Shown one piece after another: positions 8,375 through 17,116 of a stretch of 64,000 bases of DNA. The DNA is taken from assembly GCA_963755715.1 (NCBI GenBank), contig CAVWLW010000067.1, positions 1-64,000 of the forward strand, read 5' to 3'. Source of the DNA: an uncultured delta proteobacterium (GTDB taxonomy: Bacteria; Desulfobacterota; Binatia; UBA9968). The position numbers and the translations under genes were made by a program. The stretch's first letter is position 1. Each line of letters opens with the position of its first letter. Below the pieces are notes generated by a model. That model worked only from the letters and a program-made list of their open reading frames with translations, was not told where the DNA came from and ran no database searches.

Positions 8375-9619
8375 ATGGGCGATTATATTAAGGAACACTA
8401 CGATTTCCCGCTGACCCAAAAAAGCGCGAACAAACCACTGAAAGGCGTGCGTGTCATCGATGCCGGCAACATGGTCGCGGCCCCGTTCGCGACGGTATTG
8501 CTTGCCGACTTTGGCGCGGACGTGATCAAGATCGAGCATCCAAAATACGGCGACGGCCAGCGCAAGCTGGAGCCGATTATGAACGGGATTCCACTTTGGT
8601 GGAAATCGGTGGCGCGCAATAAGCGCTGCATCACGCTCGATCTGGGCAAACCCGAGGGCGCGGAAATTTTTAAACAACTCGTCAAAGGCACGGACGTGAT
8701 CGTGGAAAATTACCGTCCGGGCACCTTCGAGAAATGGGGCATTGGGCCTGACGTGATTCGAACCATCGATCCGCGGATCATTCTTTTGCGTATCTCGGGA
8801 TTCGGCCAGACCGGCCCATACAAAAATCGCGCGGGCTTTGGCCGCGTCGCCGAAGCGATGAGCGGCCTTACGAATCTCATCGGCGAGCCGGACGGCCCGC
8901 CGATGTCGCCCGGATATCCACTTGGCGACCTGATCGCGGGCATTTTCGGCTCGCTCTCCGTCATGATGGCGCTCTACCATCGCGATCTACGCGACGGTGA
9001 GGGGCAGGTGATCGATCTCGCGCTCTTCGAAGCGGTCTTTCGCTTTTTGGATTTCGACCCGATCCAATACGACCAGATGAAAGTCGTCCATAAGCGCACC
9101 GGCAACCGCGTCGCTTATGTCGCGCCGAGCTCGATGTTCAAAACCAAGGACGGCAAGTATTTGACGTTGGCCGCGAGCACGCAGAGCGTCTGGTTGCGCC
9201 TAGCCGAAGCGATCGGGCGCAATGATATGGCCACCGATCCCAAGTTCATCGACAATCCAGCGCGGGTGGAAAATTCCGTGGAGTGCAACGGCGTTGTCGG
9301 CGCGTGGATCGAAAAGCACACGCGCGACGAAGTGATCGAGCAATTCGACAAGCACGGCGTGGCTTACTCAGCTGTCTTCGATATGGAAGACGCCTTTCGC
9401 GATATCCAATACCGCGCCCGCGAAGCGATGGTGCGTGTGCCAGATACCGATCTCGGCGAGGCGATCGTACAAAACGTCGTCCCCAAGTTTTCTGCTACCC
9501 CCGGCTCAGTGGATTATCTCGGCCAAAAAATGGGCACGCACAATGAGGAAATTTTCAGCGGTGAGCTCGGCCTATCGAAAGAACGACTTAAAGAATTGAA
9601 AGAGGCCGGAATTATCTAG
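8375..9619 (+). CDS. CoA transferase family III (CaiB/BaiF)
   Basis: PLKGVRVID, LADFGADVIKIE, RNKRCITLDL, ENYRPG, ISGFGQTGPY, catalytic LGD. Confidence 0.93.
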   Translation: MGDYIKEHYDFPLTQKSANKPLKGVRVIDAGNMVAAPFATVLLADFGADVIKIEHPKYGDGQRKLEPIMNGIPLWWKSVARNKRCITLDLGKPEGAEIFKQLVKGTDVIVENYRPGTFEKWGIGPDVIRTIDPRIILLRISGFGQTGPYKNRAGFGRVAEAMSGLTNLIGEPDGPPMSPGYPLGDLIAGIFGSLSVMMALYHRDLRDGEGQVIDLALFEAVFRFLDFDPIQYDQMKVVHKRTGNRVAYVAPSSMFKTKDGKYLTLAASTQSVWLRLAEAIGRNDMATDPKFIDNPARVENSVECNGVVGAWIEKHTRDEVIEQFDKHGVAYSAVFDMEDAFRDIQYRAREAMVRVPDTDLGEAIVQNVVPKFSATPGSVDYLGQKMGTHNEEIFSGELGLSKERLKELKEAGII

Positions 9620-9688
9620 ATTCGTTGCCAGCTAGGATATTCAATTTCACGCGCGGCGGTTCGGCTTGGCAAATTATTGAGTCCGAGA

Positions 9689-9714
9689 GGGCAGGCACGG
9701 GGGCTTGCCCCTAC
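9689..9714 (-). repeat. GTAG-tagged REP overlapping the stop codon of the second Rieske gene
   Basis: Minus strand GTAGGGGCAAGCCCCCGTGCCTGCCC, near-identical to the 7391-7416 copy. Confidence 0.8.
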
Positions 9715-11097
9715 TCGACGGCCGGCACGGTCATAGCTTCCATGACTCCATCGATCCAGTCGACGTTATCGGGTACGACAGTAGATGTGCCACGGACGCG
9801 GTAGACGCTTGGATCGCGCGCGCCGGGCGGAACCGCTCCTTTCTCGCGCAACGCTTTCGCCGCGTTCAGTAATTTCAGCCGCGCTTTGATCGTGCTGATA
9901 TCGCCGGCGCACAAATGCTCTTTGGTGCGATCCATGATCGGGCCTGGGCCTTCGTTCTCGGTGATGCACACGTCTTGCAGATTGACTCCGGCGATGCCCA
10001 TACGCCGCGCTTTGTGCGTCTCCCAGTCGATCAGGTAGTCATTCGATCGTCTCGCTTTCATGCGGATATGACCGAACGGAACCGAGTTGGTCGGCGGATC
10101 GTAAGCTTCTTCGGCAAACGACTCGCGGACCTGCTCTTTGGTATTCTTCGCGATTTCTGCCGTGGGATACCAGCGCACCTGCCACTTGACGCAGTTCTCG
10201 TCGTCGACCGGGACGAAGGCCCGCGCCGCTTTTTGATCGGCGCCGGGCGGCATGGTGTAAAAAGGCAGAATAAACTGGTTGACGCGCCAAAGATTTTTGC
10301 CGCCGCCGAGCGTGCGTTTGGCGCCGTAGGTAAAGCCGGCCGGGCGGTCGAAAATCTCGACGTCTTCCGGAGTTTTTTTCACGCCGAGTTTATTTGCTTC
10401 TCTTTGCTGCGCCGGCTGCTGCGCGTTCATTTCTTCGTCCGAGAGATCGTAGGGCGAGTGCAGCCACATCACGTGCGTCGGATCGATACCGCCTTCAAGG
10501 ACCTGAAGGTAATTCGCTTCCTGAAAAAATAGCCGGTAAATTCGGTGCTCGTCCGGCACGCGGAGAAATTCGAAGTCAGGAAGTTCGGGCAAGTTCTTCG
10601 CCAGTCCCATGTAAGTCCAGATGATGCCGCCGCGCTCGATGCAGGGGTAACCAGGGTGTTGTACCTCGTCCTTGAACTGTTGGTCCGCCGGGATGTTCGG
10701 CATCTCGATGCACTTGCCGTTCGGCGCGTATTTCCAAGCATGATAAGCGCAGCGAAGCCCGTCCGCTTCGACACGGCCGAAATAGAGTGGCGCGAGGCGA
10801 TGCGGGCAAAAGGCGCCGATGAGACCGACAGCGCCGGCGCTCGTGCGAAAGAGCACCAAGTCCTCGCCGAGGAGCCTCACGCGCAGCGGCCGGCCGCCGG
10901 GTTCCTTCAAATGGGCCGTTGGCACCACTGGAATCCAATATTGGCGCATAAGGTTGCCCATCGGCGTCGCCGGACCGACGCGCGTTAAGTACTTCGTTTT
11001 CTTCGCGCGTAAAATTGTGCAGATCTTCTCTGCGGACTTTGAACATGCTTTCAGTTTTCACGGCTTGTCCTCTTTTCGATTTTGTCGCTTCTACCAT
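9711..11097 (-). CDS. Rieske oxygenase alpha subunit (phthalate 4,5-dioxygenase-like), one frameshift near 10987
   Basis: CPH...CAYH Rieske motif, EGGIDPTHVMWLH; N-terminal FTREENEVL in the adjacent frame joins TRVGPATPMG; start could be 11046. Confidence 0.88.
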
Positions 11098-11163
11098 ATC
11101 GAGTCGGATTTTGATATTTGGCAACAATTGATCGCGCGTTTCAACAAGAGGGATGGATAGCTT

Positions 11164-12168
11164 ATGATGACAAATCTTGCACCGCCGCAGATCCGCGCGA
11201 TCACGGGCCTGGAACTCGCTGCCGGCGTATTCACTAAATGCTCCGACGGATTGGCGACCCAACTAAATGTTTCGCTCACCTCGGGCAAAAGGGATTCTGG
11301 GCCGACGGAATTTCGTATCGGCATCAATGGCGATGTTTATGGCGGAATGCTTGCGCCTATCGAAGTCGGAAAGAGACGCGTGGACATTGCTTATGTGAAT
11401 CCTTCGGCGATGGTGGCGATGGCCTACCGCGGCAAAGGTTACTATAAGCAGAAAATGGCATTGCGAATCTTGGGCTGTTTTCCATCCTGGGACCGGATCG
11501 CGCTCGTGGTGTCGAAAGATCTGGCGGTGAAGTCGCTGCGCGACATCGCTCGGCGAAAAATTCCGCTGAGCGTATCGACGAGATTCTCCGGCGTCAACAA
11601 CGCAACTTACTACACCATCGAGACGATTCTTTCGTTCTACGGAATCTCGTTCGGCAAGATCCGGCGTTGGGGTGGAAAAGTACAGGAATGCCCACGGCCG
11701 GACGCGCCGCAGCGGCGCAAAGGGATCGCCGAGCATTCGCTTACCGCGATATTCGATGAAGGCGTCAGCACGGTGGGCGGATGGCTGGATCAAGCGCTTG
11801 AGAACGGTTACGAGATCATCCCCATCGAGACGGAGATCGTCAAAAAGCTCGAGCGATTGGGTTATAGTGGCACGGTCCTGCCGCAGAGCCGATATCGACA
11901 ACTTAACCACGATGTCTCGACCATCGACTTCAGCGGTTGGGCGCTGGTGACGCACAAATGGCTGCCCGACCGCGTCGCGTACGCCGCCATTGAAACCATC
12001 GATGAAAAGCAGAAATTTATTCCTGTGGATGACGACCAGCCGCTCAATATGCGAGAGCTCTGCCAAGGCTCGGAAAAATGTCCGCTGCGCATGCCGCTCC
12101 ATCGGGGCGCAGCGAAGTATTATAAGGAGAAGGGATATCTGAACAAACGGATGAAGGCGAAGCGATGA
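11164..12168 (+). CDS. TAXI-family TRAP solute-binding protein-like
   Basis: C-terminal MPLHRGAAKYYKEKGY motif and LVTHKWLPD...Y segment. Confidence 0.75.
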   Translation: MMTNLAPPQIRAITGLELAAGVFTKCSDGLATQLNVSLTSGKRDSGPTEFRIGINGDVYGGMLAPIEVGKRRVDIAYVNPSAMVAMAYRGKGYYKQKMALRILGCFPSWDRIALVVSKDLAVKSLRDIARRKIPLSVSTRFSGVNNATYYTIETILSFYGISFGKIRRWGGKVQECPRPDAPQRRKGIAEHSLTAIFDEGVSTVGGWLDQALENGYEIIPIETEIVKKLERLGYSGTVLPQSRYRQLNHDVSTIDFSGWALVTHKWLPDRVAYAAIETIDEKQKFIPVDDDQPLNMRELCQGSEKCPLRMPLHRGAAKYYKEKGYLNKRMKAKR

Positions 12169-12232
12169 AGGATAAAGCAGGAGGTTAGGAACAAACTGCC
12201 CGTATCTTATCCTTCCGCCCGATCCTTCATTC
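12149..12232. repeat. Imperfect inverted heptamer-repeat element (GATGAAG/ATCCTTC type)
   Basis: Purine-rich arm ggatgaaggcgaagcgatgaaggataaag and pyrimidine-rich arm ttatccttccgcccgatccttcatt. Confidence 0.45.
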
Positions 12233-12248
12233 CTTTCTTGGAGGTCTC

Positions 12249-14469
12249 GTGAGCTATCAAATCATCGGCCAGTCGACCCCGCGCACGGATAACACTGGAA
12301 AAGTCACCGGCGAGGCACGTTACACGGCCGATGTACTCTTGCCTGGTACTTTGTGGGCAAAGACGCTGCGCAGCCCGTATTCACACGCGCGCATCATTCG
12401 CGTTGATACGTCACGTGCCGAAAAAGCGCCGGGCGTGCGCGCGGTGCTGACGGGCAACGACGTCCGCGGGATTCTTTATGGTCGAAGATATCGGGATATT
12501 TCGATTCTGGCGCAAGATCGCGCTCGTTTCATGGGTGAGCGCGTCGCCGCGGTGGCGGCGGAGACGCTCGAGCAGGCTGAAGATGCATTGGACCTCATTC
12601 AAGTCGACTACGAGGAGCTGCCGGCGGTATTCGATCCGGAGTCGGCGCTGCAGGAAGGCGCGCCGATTATTCATCCCGACGTAGCGAGTTATAAAGGCCT
12701 GCCTAAACCGTTAGAACAACCGACCAATCGTTTCGTCCACGATGTGTTCACGCGCGGTGATGTCGAGGCGGGATTCGCGCAGGCTGATGTGATCGTCGAA
12801 AATACTTTCACCGTGCCGCGGGTGCATCAGTCATTTCTCGAACCGCATTGTTGTCTGGTGTGGATCGACGAGCGCGAACGCGTGCAGATGTGGTCGCCCA
12901 ATAAGGTGCCGCATGGCTTGAAAGAAAGCATGTCGCAGGCTTTCGGCATCCCCAAGGAAAAGATCCGCGTCAATCCGGTGGCGATTGGCGGCGACTTCGG
13001 CGGCAAGGGCGCGCCTATCGATGAGCCGATTTGTTACTTGCTCGCTGTCCGCAGTGGCCGGCCAGTCAAGATGGTGATGGAGTATCGCGAAGAGTTTTTT
13101 GCCGGCGCGCCGAGGCATGCGGTGATTATGAAGTTGAAAACCGGCGTCAAACGTGACGGCACGATCATCGCCCACCAAATGGACGCTTATCTCGACGCCG
13201 GCGCGTACGGCGGATTTAGACCCGGCGCCGTCGTCGGCGGGATCGCTCACGCGGGCGGCTGTTACCGCGCCGAGCATGCGCGCATCGCCGTTTCGCGCGT
13301 CTACACGAACAATCTTCCCGGCGGGCAGATGCGCGCCCCGGGCGAGCCGCAGGGTTTTTTCGCTGCCGAGTCGCATATGGATTGCGTCGCGCGCAAGCTC
13401 GGCATGGATCCTTACGAATTTCGCATGAAGAATCTCATGGAAGAAGGGGACGTCACTCTTACCGGCGGTCACTATCAAGCAATCAAAGCCAAAGAGACGC
13501 TCAAGGCGGCGGCGAAAGCGGCTGGATACACGGCCCCAAAAAGAAAGTACATCGGGCGCGGCGTCGCGATGGGTTATCGCGGGCCTGGCGGCGGCACTAC
13601 ATCTCTAAAGGTCGAGCTCAGACCCGACGGTTCGATAGTGATCCACACATCTTTTTTCGAACAAGGCACCGGCACTTACACGACGCTCAGGCAGATTGCC
13701 GCCGAGGAGCTAGCGTGCGATCCTGAAGAGATTCAGATCAAAACTCTGGACACCGATTCCGGTGTTTCTTCAGATACAGGGCTCGGCGGCAGTCGCGGTA
13801 CGCGCGTGGCGAGCGGCGCTGCGTTTCAAGCCGCGCGGGCGGCCAAGGAAGAATTGCTCGGCCTCGCGGAAAAGCTGCTCGGCTGGCCGAAGAGCGACGT
13901 TGCTCTAGCGGGCAAAGAAATCATCAACAAGAAGACAAAGAAGCGCCAACGCTGGGCCGAACTGCTGAGCCGCACGGGCCGTCCGATCACCGGAGAAGCG
14001 TTTAATAAGGATGACGATCATTCGCCGGTGACGGCGTTTGCCGCTCAGGTCGCTGAGGTCGCCGTTGATCCGCGAGACCGGCGAGGTTACATTGCGGCGA
14101 CTGACGACGGCGCATGACACCGGCATGATCATGAACCCCGTGGGTCATCAAGGTCAGATCGACGGCGGTGTCGTACAGGGGATCGGTTACGGATTGATCG
14201 AGTATTTGCCGGTGCGAGAGGGACGCGTCGAAGTCGCTAACTTCGGCGAGTACAAGATTCCCACGATTAAAGATATCCCGGCGCTCAAGACGGTAATTAT
14301 TGCCAGCGACGAAGGCGTCGGGCCGTACAAGGTCAAAGGAATCGGGGAGAATCCGATCAGCCCCGCGGCTCCCGCCATCGCCAATGCGATCGAAGACGCG
14401 GTGGGCGTGAGAATCAAAGATCTGCCGATCACGGCGGAGAAGATCTATCGGGCGTTGCGCGGCGGGTAA
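12249..14469 (+). CDS. Xanthine dehydrogenase-family molybdopterin-binding large subunit, frameshift near 14074
   Basis: KVTGEARYTAD, LRSPYSHARI, GGDFGGKG, EQGTG, GQIDGGVVQGIG, KGIGE; VDPETG motif broken by one extra base. Confidence 0.9.
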
Positions 14470-14482
14470 TGGGTTATCGGTC

Positions 14483-14573
14483 GAGATGCTTCACTTCGTT
14501 CAGCATGACAGCTGATTGCAGCACGTTCGTAAACAGTCTCGTGTGTCATTCTGAGCCAGAGGCGAAGAATCTC
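14483..14573. repeat. TGTC-tagged REP-like palindrome pair
   Basis: gagatgcttcacttcgttcagcatgaca and tgtcattctgagccagaggcgaagaatctc in opposite orientations. Confidence 0.7.
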
Positions 14574-14618
14574 GTCTCGATACACGGCGAAATACTGAGG
14601 CTGTTGGAGGTTTGATTC

Positions 14619-16073
14619 ATGCCGTTTGACTCGTTAGGCGATTTTATCAAAGCCGCGGATGCGGTCGGCGAGGTGCAATACGTCGAACACGCCGACTTGG
14701 AGCTCGACGTCGGCGGACTCACCGAATTGACCGCCGAACACAACGGCCCGATGCTCGTCTTCGATCAGTTCGCCGGTTATCCGGTCGGGCACCGAGTTTG
14801 CGCTAACGCGAACCGAACGATTCGGCGGTTCGCCTTGGCAATGGATTTGCCGATTGACATTCATCCCTTAGAGTTGCTGCGCCGCTGGCGCGATAAGCGT
14901 GCGGGTTCTGTTCCCGTCGCGGCGAAAGTTGTGAAGGACGGACCGATACTCGCAAACGTACAACAAGGCGATGATGTCAATATCGAGAGCTTTCCAGCGC
15001 CGCGCTGGCATCCCGGCGACGGCGGGCGCTACATCGGCACGCAAGACATGGTGATCGTACGCGATCCCGAGCAGGGTTGGGTGAACATGGGTTGTTACCG
15101 CGCGATGATTCAGCGGCGCGACCGCATCAGCCTGTGGATCAACCCGCAGAAGCACGGGCGCATTCTCGCGCAAAAATATTGGCGCGACGGCAAGGCGGCG
15201 CCGGTGGCCGTTGTGTTCGGCTGCGAGCCGGTAACCTGGATGACCGCGTCGATGTCGCCGCCGTTCGGCACGTCGGAGTACGAGCTCGCCGGCGCGTATC
15301 GCGGCAGTCCGGTGGATGTTGTCGAATTGCCGCTGACGAAATTGCCGGTGCCCGCGCACGCGGAGATCGTTGTCGAAGGCGTGATTCCACCGGAAAGCGA
15401 AGAAACCGCGGTCGAAGGACCGTTCGGCGAGTGGCCTGGTTATTATACGCATCAGGGACCGGAAGCGGTGGTGCGCATCCAGCGCATTTATTATCGGGAG
15501 CGACCGATTATCGCCGGCGCGCCGCCGCTCCGGCCGATCAATTGGAGCAACTTCTCGAACTACGTGCATCTGTGGGAGCACCTCGAACGCTCGGGCATCA
15601 CCGATGTCGCAGGCGTGTGGGGTTTTTACAATGGCTTGCTCACGGTCGTCGCCCTGCGCCAGCGCTACGCCGGCCATGCCAAGCAGGCTTTGATTACCGC
15701 GGCGGGCTTTCGCCACGGCGATATGAAAACTTATTACGTCACAGTCGACGACGACATCGATCCGACCAATCAGGAAGAAGTTCTGTGGGCGATGTGCACG
15801 CGCGTCGATCCGGCAACAGCGATCGACGTTATCCACGACGCCTGGACCGCCGATCTGGACCCGCGCGTGTCGCCAGCGCGGCGTGCCGTGGGCGATTTGA
15901 CCGTTGGCCGCATGCTGATCAACGCCTGCAAACCGTTTGCCTGGCGCGATCAGTTTCCCAAGACCAACGTTTTTAGTGCCGCCGAGCGCAAAGCCGTCGA
16001 AACTAAATGGAGCGAGCTGCTCGCGAAAATTGCCCTGCGACGGAGCGCTGCGAACAATAATCCCGCGGTCTAA
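14619..16073 (+). CDS. UbiD-family (prFMN-dependent) (de)carboxylase
   Basis: DGGRYIGT, NMGCYR, AEIVVEG, EGPFGEWPGYY, VDDDIDP, WAMCTR. Confidence 0.93.
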   Translation: MPFDSLGDFIKAADAVGEVQYVEHADLELDVGGLTELTAEHNGPMLVFDQFAGYPVGHRVCANANRTIRRFALAMDLPIDIHPLELLRRWRDKRAGSVPVAAKVVKDGPILANVQQGDDVNIESFPAPRWHPGDGGRYIGTQDMVIVRDPEQGWVNMGCYRAMIQRRDRISLWINPQKHGRILAQKYWRDGKAAPVAVVFGCEPVTWMTASMSPPFGTSEYELAGAYRGSPVDVVELPLTKLPVPAHAEIVVEGVIPPESEETAVEGPFGEWPGYYTHQGPEAVVRIQRIYYRERPIIAGAPPLRPINWSNFSNYVHLWEHLERSGITDVAGVWGFYNGLLTVVALRQRYAGHAKQALITAAGFRHGDMKTYYVTVDDDIDPTNQEEVLWAMCTRVDPATAIDVIHDAWTADLDPRVSPARRAVGDLTVGRMLINACKPFAWRDQFPKTNVFSAAERKAVETKWSELLAKIALRRSAANNNPAV

Positions 16074-16140
16074 CCGGCTGCGAATTGGCATAGCAAGATT
16101 AGAAAGGAAAAACCCTCGAAAGAGTTTGTTGTCGATACCC

Positions 16141-17028
16141 ATGGATGAGCAAGTCAGACAATATAAAATCGAGGAATTCATCATCGAAGAAGAACCGTTC
16201 TACGTGCCGAGCTTCGACGAGGTCGAGATTTTCGAAGCGGCTTACCGCCAGCATGTGCCGGTTTTACTCAAAGGCCCAACGGGCACGGGCAAAACCCGTT
16301 TTGTCGAGTACATGGCATGGAAGCTTGCCCGACCGCTGACCATCGTTAGAGATCGGACCAAAAAAAATTCCCACGGTGAATCGGCCAACGGTTCGGTGCC
16401 GCTGGTTACGGTGGCGTGCCACGAAGATTTAACCGCGAGCGATTTGATCGGCCGCTATCTGCTCGACGCCAACGGCACCACATGGATCGACGGCCCGCTG
16501 ACCCGCGCCGTGAAAGTCGGCGGCATCTGCTATCTCGACGAAATCGTCGAGGCGCGCAAAGACACCACGGTGATCATTCATCCGCTGACGGATCATCGGC
16601 GTTTGCTGACCATCGACAAGCTCGGCGAAGTCGTTGAAGCCGCCGAGGGTTTTCTGCTCGTGGTGTCTTATAATCCGGGCTATCAGAACGTTCTCAAAGA
16701 TCTCAAACACAGCACGCGCCAGCGTTTCGTCGCCTTGGAGTTTCACTTTCCCGAACAGGCACACGAAGCGAAGATCATCGCCCATGAGTCCGGCATCGAC
16801 GATGAGACCGCTGCGCAGCTCGCCAAGCTCGGTCACAAGGTGCGCAGTTTGCGCGAGCATGGACTCAAAGAAGGCGCCAGCACGCGGGTGCTCATCTATG
16901 CCGGCCGGCTGATCAAAGAAGGAATCACGCCACGCCGCGCCTGTCACGTCGCTGTTACGTGGGGTATCACCGACGACGCCCAGGTGCAGCAAAGTCTGGA
17001 CGAAGTCGTCGCGGCGATTTTCCCGTAA
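16141..17028 (+). CDS. CbbQ/NirQ/NorQ-family MoxR AAA+ ATPase
   Basis: GPTGTGKT, ACHEDLTASDLIGR, YLDEIVEARKD, SYNPGYQ, STRQRF, EGASTR. Confidence 0.93.
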   Translation: MDEQVRQYKIEEFIIEEEPFYVPSFDEVEIFEAAYRQHVPVLLKGPTGTGKTRFVEYMAWKLARPLTIVRDRTKKNSHGESANGSVPLVTVACHEDLTASDLIGRYLLDANGTTWIDGPLTRAVKVGGICYLDEIVEARKDTTVIIHPLTDHRRLLTIDKLGEVVEAAEGFLLVVSYNPGYQNVLKDLKHSTRQRFVALEFHFPEQAHEAKIIAHESGIDDETAAQLAKLGHKVRSLREHGLKEGASTRVLIYAGRLIKEGITPRRACHVAVTWGITDDAQVQQSLDEVVAAIFP

Positions 17029-17068
17029 GAAATTTTGCCGCAAAGAACGCAAAGAATATAAAGGGAAT

Positions 17069-17091
17069 GTAGGGGCGACCGGCGGTCGCCC
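17069..17091 (+). repeat. GTAG-tagged REP
   Basis: GTAGGGGCGACCGGCGGTCGCCC hairpin, preceded by a short cgcaaagaa tandem repeat. Confidence 0.75.
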
Positions 17092-17116
17092 TCTGTTCTG
17101 TAGTTTCATCCTAGCC

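Noticed and set aside
12249-14469. Aerobic CO dehydrogenase CoxL
   Set aside because: Active-site loop reads QMRAPG, not AYxCSFR or AYRGAGR, and no coxM/coxS genes are adjacent.
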